From the NCBI GenBank assembly GCA_964346085.1, contig CAYFSZ010000002.1:1-46397 (forward strand): a stretch of DNA of 46,397 bases, written 5' to 3'. This document shows, in pieces, positions 26,976-37,180 of the stretch. A program made the translations under genes and the position numbers. Positions within the stretch are counted from its first letter, which is position 1, and the number at the start of each line of letters is the position of its first letter. The stretch is from an uncultured Mageeibacillus sp. GTDB lineage: Bacteria > Bacillota > Clostridia > Saccharofermentanales > DTU023. The notes under the pieces are model-generated. The model saw only the letters and a program-made list of their open reading frames with translations, did not search any database and was not told where the DNA came from.

Positions 26976-27665
26976 TTATATATAACCTTCAGCTCTCATA
27001 CTGATGGATTTTTTCACACCGACAATAATATGATCCAAAATAGGCACTCTCAATTCTTGTCCCAAAGAAATGATTTTTTGAGTTGTCAAAATATCTTGTT
27101 CTGAAGGACTTGGATCTCCACTTGGATGATTATGTGCGAGAATAATACCTGCTGCATTACTCCGAATTGCTTCTCTAAAAATCTCACGTGCATCAAGCTC
27201 AATCGATTTTATATCACCGGTTGTCACTTGAACAACACGAATTAAATCTTGTTTTACATTCAATAATGCAACGTAAAACTCTTCTCTTGGCAAAGATTGC
27301 ATCAAATTTGCAAAATACAATAAGGCGCTATCTGAAGATCCAATATTTTGTTTTTGATCATGAGCCAGCGCATTGCTCATACGTTTGCCTAGTTCGATCG
27401 CTGCCTTCAATCGAATTGCTTTCACTCTACCTATCCCAGAAATTTGCCTTAACTCTTCTAAGCTCGCACTTTCAACGAAAGTAAAACCTCCGAGTAAATT
27501 AATAAGTTGTCTAGCCAATTCAACAGACGTTTTTCCATTTTTACCAGATCCGAGAATAATCGCAATCAATTCCGTATCCGATAAGCTCCTCGCACCGAGC
27601 ATTTCCATTTTTTCATATGGCCGATCATATGCTGGCCATTCGTTCATTCTTAGTGTTTCTTTCAT
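26976..27665 (-). CDS. radC: RadC-family JAB/MPN domain protein
   Basis: HhH (ISGIGRVKAIRL) plus JAMM motif HNHPSGDPSPSEQD. Confidence 0.92.
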   Translation of the reverse strand: MKETLRMNEWPAYDRPYEKMEMLGARSLSDTELIAIILGSGKNGKTSVELARQLINLLGGFTFVESASLEELRQISGIGRVKAIRLKAAIELGKRMSNALAHDQKQNIGSSDSALLYFANLMQSLPREEFYVALLNVKQDLIRVVQVTTGDIKSIELDAREIFREAIRSNAAGIILAHNHPSGDPSPSEQDILTTQKIISLGQELRVPILDHIIVGVKKSISMRAEGYI

Positions 27666-27716
27666 TTTTAATTCCTTTCTCTGACGGAGTAAAGAAATAA
27701 ATGAAATGAAATTTAA

Positions 27717-29111
27717 TTAATACTCTGCATGTCCTACCGTTCTAGAAAATGGTAGAACGTCTCTAATGTTATTAACACCAGTCAAATACATAATCATGCG
27801 TTCAAAACCTAAGCCAAATCCTGCATGGCGAATTGATCCGTATTTTCTTAGCTCTAAATACCAATTATAGTCTTCAACTTCCAGTCCTAATTCATTGATT
27901 CTACGAGTCAATAGTTCAAGACTTTCTTCCCTTTGGCTACCACCTATAATTTCACCGACTCCCGGAACAAGACAGTCCATTGCTGCAACTGTTTTACCGT
28001 CTTCATTCAATTTCATATAAAAAGCTTTAATATCTTTTGGATAATCAGTTACGAAAACAGGGCCTTTGCACACTTTTTCTGTTAGGTAGCGTTCATGTTC
28101 AGTTTGTAAATCAGTTCCCCATGAAACTGGATACTCAAATTTTTGATCAGCTTTCAAGAGCTCTTCAATAGCTTCCGTATAAGTCATATAAGCAAATTTA
28201 CTATTCAAAACAAGCTCTAAGCGATTGAGTAATGTTTTGTCAACAAATTGATTGAAAAATTCCATTTCCTCAGGGCATTTTTCAAGAACATGGCGAATAA
28301 TTGCCTTAATCATATTTTCAGCCAAATTCGCACAATCTTTAAGATCTGCAAATGCAATTTCCGGCTCAATCATCCAGAATTCTGCTGCATGTCTAGCAGT
28401 ATTCGATTTTTCAGCACGGAAAGTCGGCCCGAATGTATAGATATTTCGGAAAGCCATCGCATATGCTTCACCAGCTAATTGTCCACTAACAGTCAAATGT
28501 GTTTTTCCACCAAAGAAATCTTGTTTATAATCAATATTCCCCTCTTCATCCAATGGAGGATTTGCCGGATCTATTGTCGTTACTTGGAACATTTCTCCTG
28601 CACCTTCCGCATCGCTAGATGTGATAATCGGCGTATTTACATAGACGAAATCTTGTTCGTTAAAAAATTTATGAATAGCAAAGGCAGCTTCTGAGCGCAC
28701 TCTAAAAACAGCAGAGAAAAGATTTGTTCTCGGTCTTAAATGTGAAATTGTTCTTAAAAATTCTGGCGAATGACGTTTTGGTTGTAAAGGATAATCTTCT
28801 GGAGAATTTCCTTCCACAATGATTGATTTTGCTTTCATTTCAAACGGTTGTTTCGCTTCAGGAGTTAACACAATTGTTCCGCTAATCGTTAACGAAGCAC
28901 CATTACCTGTTCTTGCAATTTCATCATAATTATCGATATGCTCTCTTTCAAAGACAACTTGAATCGGTTTAAAAAAAGTCCCATCGTTCAATGTGATAAA
29001 GCCAAATTGTTTTTGATCACGAATCGTACGTATCCAACCACCTATGGTAACTTCTTGACCAGCGTATTTATCTATATCCCGAAAAATTTCTCGAATTAAC
29101 GTATATTCCAT
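27717..29111 (-). CDS. asnS: asparagine--tRNA ligase
   Basis: 464 aa. N-terminal OB fold, class IIb motifs [18 protein letters not shown] and GFGLGFERM. Confidence 0.95.
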   Translation of the reverse strand: MEYTLIREIFRDIDKYAGQEVTIGGWIRTIRDQKQFGFITLNDGTFFKPIQVVFEREHIDNYDEIARTGNGASLTISGTIVLTPEAKQPFEMKAKSIIVEGNSPEDYPLQPKRHSPEFLRTISHLRPRTNLFSAVFRVRSEAAFAIHKFFNEQDFVYVNTPIITSSDAEGAGEMFQVTTIDPANPPLDEEGNIDYKQDFFGGKTHLTVSGQLAGEAYAMAFRNIYTFGPTFRAEKSNTARHAAEFWMIEPEIAFADLKDCANLAENMIKAIIRHVLEKCPEEMEFFNQFVDKTLLNRLELVLNSKFAYMTYTEAIEELLKADQKFEYPVSWGTDLQTEHERYLTEKVCKGPVFVTDYPKDIKAFYMKLNEDGKTVAAMDCLVPGVGEIIGGSQREESLELLTRRINELGLEVEDYNWYLELRKYGSIRHAGFGLGFERMIMYLTGVNNIRDVLPFSRTVGHAEY

Positions 29112-29160
29112 CTTCTACCTCACTAATCTATTCTTACAGCCTCTGAAAATGAAGAATTAA

Positions 29161-29664
29161 TTATTTGCCACAGCACTTTTTATATTTTTTCCCACTACCA
29201 CATGGGCATGGATCATTTCGTCCAATTTTTTCTGATCTAACAATTTTGGACTGTCTCCATTCATAAACCATTTCTTGTTGTTTTTCTGGCTTTATAATTT
29301 CATCCCATGAATCAATTGTGTATAACCAATCTGCTTTTGCTTCATGCATCGCGATAAACAATTTTTCATAATCTATATCTAATTTTAATTCAGATTCATC
29401 ATTTAATTCTTCTAAATTTAATTCTTCTTTCAAACTTCCGTTCAAACCTTCAAGGAAACCAACAAAAATAACCGGCTTATTCTTGAACCCTAATAGTTCT
29501 TGGACTTCTGTGAATTTACCTGAAATTGTTTCCTTATGATTTTCCAAAATTTTCTCATAAGCAGCTGTCTCTAATTGATAATATAATTCTATTTCAGACA
29601 TATTCTTTTGTTGACTTTGTTGATCTTGGAACATTTCGCTCCATTGTTTAAGATATGAACTCAT
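29161..29664 (-). CDS. SEC-C metal-binding motif protein of unknown function
   Basis: 167 aa. C-terminal [18 protein letters not shown]. The N-terminal domain is not recognised. Confidence 0.75.
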   Translation of the reverse strand: MSSYLKQWSEMFQDQQSQQKNMSEIELYYQLETAAYEKILENHKETISGKFTEVQELLGFKNKPVIFVGFLEGLNGSLKEELNLEELNDESELKLDIDYEKLFIAMHEAKADWLYTIDSWDEIIKPEKQQEMVYEWRQSKIVRSEKIGRNDPCPCGSGKKYKKCCGK

Positions 29665-29698
29665 ATATTTATTCCTTCCTTGTATCTACAATTCTTTT

Positions 29699-29728
29699 AT
29701 TATAATCTAGTTCTATTTTTTACGTCAA
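29699..29728 (-). promoter_or_regulatory. near-consensus sigma-A promoter for the SEC-C protein gene
   Basis: The minus strand reads TTGACG (29728-29723), 18 nt spacer, TATAAT (29704-29699). AAGGAAGGA SD lies downstream. Confidence 0.5.
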
Positions 29729-29758
29729 TGAAAGTCATTCAACAAAATAAACTCGTCT

Positions 29759-30808
29759 TTATTGAAAAACTAAACATGATTCAATGAGCAAGGTTTCAAA
29801 AGAGAGTCGATCATTCATCATTCCTTTTTTCACTTTCCAATCTGACTGAAATGTTAAAGAAAATAAATATTCAAGCTCTTCTATTTTTAAGTGTCTCGAT
29901 TGCCCAATTAGTCGTTTTGCAATTGACGGATATAACTTTAATACTTTCACTAATTCTTTATCATTACCTAGCTCTTTTGCACAAAGTAATTGTTTTAGAT
30001 GGCGAGAATACATATATCGAATCAGAGGAAGAGGCTCTTTTTGAGCTAGTAAAGTATCTAAAATGGTTAAAGCTTTCTTTGAATTTCCTGCAGACATTGC
30101 ATCTGTTAAATCAAATATATTCCCCCTCAAATCAGCCTTACACACTTCATCAATCATTTCTATATCAATGCCTTCCGCTTTGATATACTGGGCATAAAGT
30201 AAAACCTTGGAAAATTCTTTCTCGATTTGGGCCATATCTGCTTCGCATCGATCTATCAAACCTTCAGCGGCTTCTCTGGTAATTCGTAATTCCTTCTTCT
30301 GGGCTAGAACTTGGAGCCATTGTCGAAGAACTGAAAGATCTTCTTTATTCACTTCTGCGATTAGGCCATCCGCATCCGACCATTTCTCTAGTAATTTCTT
30401 GCGGCGATTATCAATTGAATTTTCGGTGATGATTAAACAACAATACTGGTTTAGCAAAGGAAAAATCGATTCAAATTGAGTAATCATCTCTTTATGTTTT
30501 TCGCTATTGCCTTTGTCAGACTTTTGGAAAATTTGTGGATTTTCAACCAGAATAACTTTTCGCTCTGATAAAAAAGCTGGTGTTTGAACTTCTTGCTTAA
30601 TTCGCTCGATTTGTGATTGATCAATTAATTTGTCCATTTTTAATTTAATTAAATCAACATCTTGCATTTCTTTACTCACAAAATGATTCACTAATTGATG
30701 GACTAATTGCGTAATTAAGTATTTTTCTTCACCGTAAAACAAATAAGCATGATGAAAATTATTATTATTTATTTCTTGTTTAACTAATCTATAATTTAAT
30801 GTATTCAT
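29759..30808 (-). CDS. holA: DNA polymerase III delta subunit
   Basis: 349 aa. N-terminal HAYLFYGEEKYL-type clamp-loader delta fold. Conserved position directly after comEC. Confidence 0.88.
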   Translation of the reverse strand: MNTLNYRLVKQEINNNNFHHAYLFYGEEKYLITQLVHQLVNHFVSKEMQDVDLIKLKMDKLIDQSQIERIKQEVQTPAFLSERKVILVENPQIFQKSDKGNSEKHKEMITQFESIFPLLNQYCCLIITENSIDNRRKKLLEKWSDADGLIAEVNKEDLSVLRQWLQVLAQKKELRITREAAEGLIDRCEADMAQIEKEFSKVLLYAQYIKAEGIDIEMIDEVCKADLRGNIFDLTDAMSAGNSKKALTILDTLLAQKEPLPLIRYMYSRHLKQLLCAKELGNDKELVKVLKLYPSIAKRLIGQSRHLKIEELEYLFSLTFQSDWKVKKGMMNDRLSFETLLIESCLVFQ

Positions 30809-30814
30809 CTTTCA

Positions 30815-33184
30815 TCACTCTAAATAAGTTGATACTTCCCAAGAATTATTTATTAATTCTAACACAATTGCCCCGTTTTTATCTGTCCTTTTCATTTCAA
30901 TATGATGTTTTTTTAATCTTTCTAACACCTCCTTATTCGGATGTCCATAAAAATTTCGACCTACTGAGATAATTCCTAATGTTGGATTTGTTGCCGACAA
31001 AAACGCATTAGAAGTCGAACCTTTTGAGCCATGATGAGAAATCTTCAAAATATCAGTAAATGATAATTCGGGATTTCTGATTAATTTTTCTTCCACTTTA
31101 TCTGTTATATCCCCTGTAAACAGAATAGATAACCCTTCAATATTTAATCTAAATGTAAAACTCTGATCATTTGAATTTTGATGATATAAATTAAATTTAT
31201 CAGGTGATAAAATTTTCGCATTTAGATTTAATTTGGAAAAGTGAAGAATATCCCCTGCTTTTTTCTCATGGAAAATAATTTGATTATTTTTGATTAATTC
31301 TCTCAACCTAGTTTGCAAATAATCAGAATCTCTTTGCGCATAAAGTATGCCCTCCGGCAGAATCAACTCGTTCACCATGTTCATTTCAAGTAACTCATAA
31401 ACACCTCCACAATGATCAATATCTAAATGACTCAATATTGCATAATCGATTTGAGAGATACCATAATGTTTTAACGCAGGAATGATAACATGATATCCAT
31501 TACCTATATTCCCTCCATCAATAAGTAATGTTCTCTTATCAGGAGAAATAATCAAACAACTATCTCCTTGTCCGACATCTAGAAATATAACTTTCCATTC
31601 GAACTGATACTGCCAAGAAAAAAACGTCAAACATAGGGCGATAATATAGACGATTAATTTTTTATTGACAATATAAAAACTACGATTTTTTAAGGAAATA
31701 GTCTGAAAAAATTTAATCAAGTAAAATATTCCTGAAAAAATTAATATAATCAAAATGATTTGACTCAATACATTTGCGTAATTCATCTGAAACAAACGAT
31801 TTATTTTAGATAATCCTATTTTTTTAATCACAAATAGCAACAATGAATAATATGACTTAATAACAGATTTCAATAGAAATATCTCAAGAGAAAAGATTGC
31901 TGTAAATAAGTAACGAATCATCAATACATAGCCACTCATAAACGCGATACAGAACGGAATCGTCACAATGGTATTTAGTAAAAAAGTAGAAAGAACGGAT
32001 TGATTAAATGTCAGCATGAGAAATGGAAATAAAAGTATTTGCACAATAAAGTTGAGCGCAATTGAGAATAGTATCTTTGATTTAGAAAAAATTTGTATAC
32101 TTTGTAGACGTGGAGAGACGATATAAATTAAAAAGCTTATGCCAAAGCTTAACTGAAATCCTAGTTGTATAGCTAAAAATGGCGATACAAAAAGACAAAT
32201 AAGCATTGCAAGTAACATTGAGTCTTTTTTAGAAATAAAAATATGCTTTTTCAAGGCTAGATTTTGAATAAAAAATTGTAAACTTGCACGTACTAAGCCA
32301 ATCGGATAATCACTAATCCATAAAAACAACAATATTAAAGCAAACATACTCAAAAGCATGGCATTACTTTTCTTTTTCTTTTTGGAAATCAATTTGGTAA
32401 ATGGAAATAGAAACAACTCAAAGTGAAAACCTGAAACAGCCAATACATGTTGTAAGCCTAAGCCAGAAAAAAACTGTTTCCAATCGTCCTTCATAAAATG
32501 CTTCTGTCCAAAGCAAAAGCTTAATATAAAATCTGCTATTTCTTGGTTGAAAGAAAGTTTTAACCATTCATTGAAGCTATTTAAATGCTGTTGTTTAATG
32601 CTATGGACCCGCGACCACTTAGAATATTGCATCTTTGCTTGCACAGGTTTGGCAATTGCAAAACAATTTTGATTTGCAAGAAATTTTGCCTGATTATATC
32701 CTCCAGGATTCCTCGACTCTTGTGGCTTTTCTATTTCAAATTCCCCCTCAATTTTCGATGGCACCATTTCATTTCTGTCAATCCATACTACAAACCTCAT
32801 TCCTGTCTTATCTTGATACATCACGAGGTATTTATTTTTTCCTATTTGAACAATCGATTTTCGAGATAAAGAAAGAAAGATTTTCTGTTCGAAATAATGA
32901 TTCACATTTTGAGCTGCTTCCTGTTTCACAATAATGATTTGCGTAAAAATGATTATTAGGAAAACAAGGATAAAATAAAACCAGCGATTTTTTGCAGATA
33001 ATAGATCGAATGTAAAAATGATTGCTGAAATAAATAATCCAAACATGATATACCATAGCATTAGGTTTTTAATCGCTAACATAATACATACAATCATGAA
33101 AAAACTAGCTTGGACTATACCAAACTTTTTCCAATCAAAAACAAAACTGATAATCCTCTTAAAATATGAAAAGTTCATAAGCAA
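30815..33184 (-). CDS. comEC: DNA internalization competence protein ComEC/Rec2
   Basis: 789 aa. N-terminal OB-like region, polytopic competence domain, C-terminal MBL domain (FLDVGQGDS, HLDIDHCGG, SHHGS). Confidence 0.92.
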   Translation of the reverse strand: MLMNFSYFKRIISFVFDWKKFGIVQASFFMIVCIMLAIKNLMLWYIMFGLFISAIIFTFDLLSAKNRWFYFILVFLIIIFTQIIIVKQEAAQNVNHYFEQKIFLSLSRKSIVQIGKNKYLVMYQDKTGMRFVVWIDRNEMVPSKIEGEFEIEKPQESRNPGGYNQAKFLANQNCFAIAKPVQAKMQYSKWSRVHSIKQQHLNSFNEWLKLSFNQEIADFILSFCFGQKHFMKDDWKQFFSGLGLQHVLAVSGFHFELFLFPFTKLISKKKKKSNAMLLSMFALILLFLWISDYPIGLVRASLQFFIQNLALKKHIFISKKDSMLLAMLICLFVSPFLAIQLGFQLSFGISFLIYIVSPRLQSIQIFSKSKILFSIALNFIVQILLFPFLMLTFNQSVLSTFLLNTIVTIPFCIAFMSGYVLMIRYLFTAIFSLEIFLLKSVIKSYYSLLLFVIKKIGLSKINRLFQMNYANVLSQIILIILIFSGIFYLIKFFQTISLKNRSFYIVNKKLIVYIIALCLTFFSWQYQFEWKVIFLDVGQGDSCLIISPDKRTLLIDGGNIGNGYHVIIPALKHYGISQIDYAILSHLDIDHCGGVYELLEMNMVNELILPEGILYAQRDSDYLQTRLRELIKNNQIIFHEKKAGDILHFSKLNLNAKILSPDKFNLYHQNSNDQSFTFRLNIEGLSILFTGDITDKVEEKLIRNPELSFTDILKISHHGSKGSTSNAFLSATNPTLGIISVGRNFYGHPNKEVLERLKKHHIEMKRTDKNGAIVLELINNSWEVSTYLE

Positions 33185-33251
33185 ATTATCAGTCTTGATA
33201 AATATTTATTTCTTATTTTTTTCTTGAAAAATGAGAAAAACGAAGAAATGA

Positions 33252-33845
33252 TTATTCAAGAATTGTTTCGATTACTGATCGTATTTGATCAAAGCCTGTT
33301 TTTTTCTCTGATGAAGTCACGATTGGCTGAAAATCTTCCCCTAATGTATCAGCAAGAAATTCTTTAATCATGTTGAGTTGAGGTTTAATTTTCGTTTTTT
33401 TCAATTTGTCTGATTTGGTTAAAACAATTGCATATGGAATACCTGAATGTGCCAACCAGTCAAGCATTGAAATATCATCTTGGGTTGGTTTATGTCTAAT
33501 ATCCAAAAGTTGAATCATCAAGTGAATGGTTTCATTTTCGATATAGTCATTCGTCAAGTTAGAAAATTTTTGTTTTTCTTTTTGCGATACTTTTGCATAA
33601 CCATAACCAGGTAAATCAACCAAATTGAATTTTTCATCAATATTATAAAAAATAATTTGTCTAGTTTTTCCTGGACTTTGGCTCGTCCTAGCAAGATTTT
33701 TTTTGTTGCATAATGCATTAATCAGCGAAGATTTTCCCACATTTGATTTTCCGGCAATTGCAATTCTTGGTAAATTATTCTGTGGAAATTGCTTTTTCTG
33801 CCCTGCTACTTGTTCTAATTTCGCATTTTGATAATTAATTTTCAT
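33252..33845 (-). CDS. engB: ribosome biogenesis GTPase YsxC/EngB
   Basis: G1 GKSNVGKSSLIN, G3 DLPGYG, G4 TKSDK. Confidence 0.93.
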   Translation of the reverse strand: MKINYQNAKLEQVAGQKKQFPQNNLPRIAIAGKSNVGKSSLINALCNKKNLARTSQSPGKTRQIIFYNIDEKFNLVDLPGYGYAKVSQKEKQKFSNLTNDYIENETIHLMIQLLDIRHKPTQDDISMLDWLAHSGIPYAIVLTKSDKLKKTKIKPQLNMIKEFLADTLGEDFQPIVTSSEKKTGFDQIRSVIETILE

Positions 33846-33850
33846 TTATT

Positions 33851-33879
33851 TTGTATCCCTTCTTAATCATTGTTATAAT
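33851..33879 (+). promoter_or_regulatory. extended -10 promoter for the tandem prs-like genes
   Basis: TTGTAT (33851-33856), 17 nt spacer, TGtTATAAT (33871-33879). Followed by a small 7-bp hairpin TTTACTT/AAGTAAA in the leader. Confidence 0.4.
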
Positions 33880-33914
33880 AGCTTTACTTGGCAAAGTAAA
33901 CAAGCGAGGTATTT

Positions 33915-35171
33915 ATGGAAAAACCAAATCAGGATTCTCCAATATCTTCTCAAGCGGAGATGTTGGTACTAAGAAATTATGAAGAAAGAATTTTGAAACC
34001 CATTGCGCCAATTGCAATCATTAGTGCCCAGATGGATTCCGCTTTTTCTGATGCTGTCAATTTCCACTTAAGAAATCGCAGATCAAAAACGATTGAGGAA
34101 TTTCCTGAGCAAAAGGACTTTCCAGGCTATTATCGAGCAGATTATCGTATCGATGTTAACTTAGACCGCTATTCATCAGGTGAAGGACATGCGCGCTTAC
34201 TAGATTCAGTAAGAGGTCATGACCTTTTTATTTTGACTGATGTTTTGAATTATGGTCAATTTTATCAACGATTTAATCAAACAGTCTCGATTAGTCCAGA
34301 TGAACATTTTGAAGATTTATGCCGAATCATTGCAGCTGCTCATGGTGTCGCAAAACGAATCAATGTGATTATGCCTTATTTGTATGAAGGTAGACGTTAT
34401 CGCAGAGCTTATCGAGAATCTTTAGATTGTGCAGTTATGCTGAAACGTTTATTTGAACTCGGAATTGATAATTTCATGACCTTTGATGCACATGATGATC
34501 GAATCGCAAATGCAGTACCGAGAAGAAATTTCGAATCCGTTCAAACTTCTTTACAACTTATTGAGGCATTATTAGAAGATTATGATGATTTAAAAATTGA
34601 TAAAGATAATTTTATGATTGTCAGTGCGGATGAAGCTTCTATCAAACGCTGCATCTATTATGCTTCTCTCATGAAAGTTCCTCTTGGAATTTTCTATCGT
34701 CGATATGATCCTCGTCTACTCGATGAAGGTGAATACACGGCTCAATATTTAAAAACAAATGCCACCAAATTATTCCTTGGTGAAAACATCGAAGGCAAAG
34801 ATATTTTGATTGTTGACGATATGATTGACACTGGTAAAACAGTTCTCGAAGGAGCAGCAATGCTTAAAGCTCAAGGAGCGAAAAGAGTTTTTGTTGCAGT
34901 TTCTTTTGCACAATTCTCAAAAGGATTTGAAAAGTTTAATCAAGCCTATGAAATGGGAACTATCACCAAAGTATTCGCAACGAATTTAGCTTATCGCTCA
35001 CCTGTTTTACTTAATACAAAGTGGTATCGCGATGTTAATTTATCTAAATACTTAGCATTATTGATTGATGGCTATAATCATAATGCTGCATTGACTAATA
35101 TTATTAGCCCAACAACTCGAATCGAAGAATTACTAGACGCATATAAAGGAGATATTCATGGTAAAGAATAA
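33915..35171 (+). CDS. ribose-phosphate pyrophosphokinase family protein, long form, divergent paralog 1
   Basis: 418 aa. Prs N-domain and PRTase domain (INVIMPYLYEGRRYRR, FDAHD, ILIVDDMIDTGKT), with insertions and a C-terminal extension. Confidence 0.8.
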   Translation: MEKPNQDSPISSQAEMLVLRNYEERILKPIAPIAIISAQMDSAFSDAVNFHLRNRRSKTIEEFPEQKDFPGYYRADYRIDVNLDRYSSGEGHARLLDSVRGHDLFILTDVLNYGQFYQRFNQTVSISPDEHFEDLCRIIAAAHGVAKRINVIMPYLYEGRRYRRAYRESLDCAVMLKRLFELGIDNFMTFDAHDDRIANAVPRRNFESVQTSLQLIEALLEDYDDLKIDKDNFMIVSADEASIKRCIYYASLMKVPLGIFYRRYDPRLLDEGEYTAQYLKTNATKLFLGENIEGKDILIVDDMIDTGKTVLEGAAMLKAQGAKRVFVAVSFAQFSKGFEKFNQAYEMGTITKVFATNLAYRSPVLLNTKWYRDVNLSKYLALLIDGYNHNAALTNIISPTTRIEELLDAYKGDIHGKE

Positions 35172-36375
35172 TCACACATTCAATCCGGAAGATAAAGATT
35201 ATTATCGCTACGATCAATATGGTGATAATCCAATGCCGGCAGATGCCCCTGTTGGCATCATCTCATTAATTGGAGCAAAAGATTTCGGAGCGAAAGTGAA
35301 TCAACATTTGATTGATCGACGCAAAGAATATCTTGAAACTTCTATTGAAACAATTAATACCCCAGGTTTTTTAAGAGACGATTATGAAATTAAAGCTGAT
35401 GCAGTCCGTTTTTCCACTGGCGAAGGAAAAGGTGTTTTAAATCAAACAGTTCGTGGACATGATTTATATATAATTTGCGATGTAACAAATTATAGTTGCA
35501 CTTATAAAATGCGCGGATTAACAAATCATTTTAGTCCAGATGATCATTATCAAGACTTAAAGAGAATTATTTTAGCTGCTTCAGGACAAGCTAGAAGAAT
35601 CAATGTCATCATGCCTTTCCTATATGAAAGCCGTCAGCATCGTCGAACTGGTAGAGAATCTTTGGATTGTGCATATATGCTTGAGGATATTTTTGATTTA
35701 GGTATTAGTAACTTCATCACCTTTGATGCGCATGATGATCGTGTCGCCAATGCTGTCCCAACCTCAAGTTTTGAATCAATTCCTTCTACTTATCAGATTT
35801 TAAAAGCGTTAATTCGTTCTATTCCGGATATCAAAATCAATGCTGATTCACTAATGATTGTCAGTCCTGACGAAGGAGCAATTGGAAGATCGATGTATTA
35901 TGCTTCCATGCTAAATGTTCCACTCGGCACATTCTATAAACGCAGGGATTATTCTCAAGTCATTGACGGTAGAAATCCAATTATTGCTCATGAATTCTTA
36001 GGTGACTCTGTTGAAGGTTATGATGTTGTCATCGTTGATGATATGCTTTCTTCCGGAGAATCGATGCTTGATTTAGCCAAATCATTGAAACAAAAAGGTG
36101 CAAATCGTATTATCTGTGCAACAACATTTGGCCTTTTCACAAACGGAATTCAAGAGTTCGACAATTACTATGAAAAAGGATTAATCGATCGAGTGATTGC
36201 TACTAACCTGACATATTTACCAGATGAAGTAAAAAATGCACCTTGGTTTGTTGAGGCTGATATGACCAAATTCGTTGCTTTACTGATAGATGCAATGAAT
36301 CATAATGCTTCTATGGGTAGCTTAATTACACCAACCAATAAGATTAGCAAATTGTTAAATAAACTAAACAAATAA
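35158..36375 (+). CDS. ribose-phosphate pyrophosphokinase family protein, long form, paralog 2
   Basis: 405 aa. RFSTGEG, INVIMPFLYESRQHRR, FDAHD, SPDEGA, YKRRD, VVIVDDMLSSGES. Overlaps paralog 1 by 14 nt. Confidence 0.8.
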   Translation: MVKNNHTFNPEDKDYYRYDQYGDNPMPADAPVGIISLIGAKDFGAKVNQHLIDRRKEYLETSIETINTPGFLRDDYEIKADAVRFSTGEGKGVLNQTVRGHDLYIICDVTNYSCTYKMRGLTNHFSPDDHYQDLKRIILAASGQARRINVIMPFLYESRQHRRTGRESLDCAYMLEDIFDLGISNFITFDAHDDRVANAVPTSSFESIPSTYQILKALIRSIPDIKINADSLMIVSPDEGAIGRSMYYASMLNVPLGTFYKRRDYSQVIDGRNPIIAHEFLGDSVEGYDVVIVDDMLSSGESMLDLAKSLKQKGANRIICATTFGLFTNGIQEFDNYYEKGLIDRVIATNLTYLPDEVKNAPWFVEADMTKFVALLIDAMNHNASMGSLITPTNKISKLLNKLNK

Positions 36376-36393
36376 TAAATTGTATGTAAAAGC

Positions 36394-36432
36394 AAAATAG
36401 CTTGTTCAAAATCCTGAACAAGCTATTTTTTT
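36394..36432. terminator. bidirectional rho-independent terminator between prs-like 2 and nagB
   Basis: Perfect 12-bp stem ATAGCTTGTTCA/TGAACAAGCTAT (36397-36408 / 36415-36426), extendable by A/T pairs, with a 6-nt loop. T6 on the right and A4 on the left. Confidence 0.85.
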
Positions 36433-36449
36433 ATTTGCAATTATTGAAA

Positions 36450-37178
36450 TTACGCTAATTCTGAAGCTGCCTCTTCATCTAAGACAACAATAACATCGCG
36501 ATGCAGCTGTAAAATAGAGGCTGGTACTTGAGGAGTTACTGGACCTTGTAATGCTTGTTTGACCACCTCCGCTTTGGATTTGCCTGAAACAACAAATAAA
36601 ATTCTTTGCGCCTGCATTATTGACATATAACCCATAGTAATCGCTTGTCTTGGCACTTCATCCGCAGATGCAAAAAATCTGGAATTGGCATCAATGGTTG
36701 GTTGTTGCAAATCAACGACATTCGTACTTACAACAAAAGAATCATTCGGTTCATTGAAACCAATATGTCCATCTGACCCCATTCCTAACAATTGTAAATC
36801 AATATGTCCAGCTGCTTTGATTTTTTCATCATAGGATTTACATTCAGTTAATTCATCTTCTGCTTTTCCATTTGGAACATGTGTATTTTCCATTGGAATA
36901 TTAATATGATTAAATAGCTGATGATTCATAAAATGACGATAACTTTGATTATGGTCAGCTTCTAGACCAATGTATTCGTCCAAATTAAAGGTTTTGACTT
37001 CGCTAAAATCTAAGTTTTCTTCTTTGCATTGACGAATCAATTCTTGATAGGCACCAATCGGTGTTGAACCAGTTGCAAGTCCAATGACTGAATCACTTTT
37101 GAGTCGAACTTGACTTGCAATAATATTCGCAGCATATTTGCTCAACTCGTCATAATCCTTTGTAACGATAATTCTCAT
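36450..37178 (-). CDS. nagB: glucosamine-6-phosphate deaminase
   Basis: 242 aa. GLATGSTP, NLDEY, LLGMGSDGHIGFNEP. Confidence 0.94.
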   Translation of the reverse strand: MRIIVTKDYDELSKYAANIIASQVRLKSDSVIGLATGSTPIGAYQELIRQCKEENLDFSEVKTFNLDEYIGLEADHNQSYRHFMNHQLFNHINIPMENTHVPNGKAEDELTECKSYDEKIKAAGHIDLQLLGMGSDGHIGFNEPNDSFVVSTNVVDLQQPTIDANSRFFASADEVPRQAITMGYMSIMQAQRILFVVSGKSKAEVVKQALQGPVTPQVPASILQLHRDVIVVLDEEAASELA

Positions 37179-37180
37179 TT

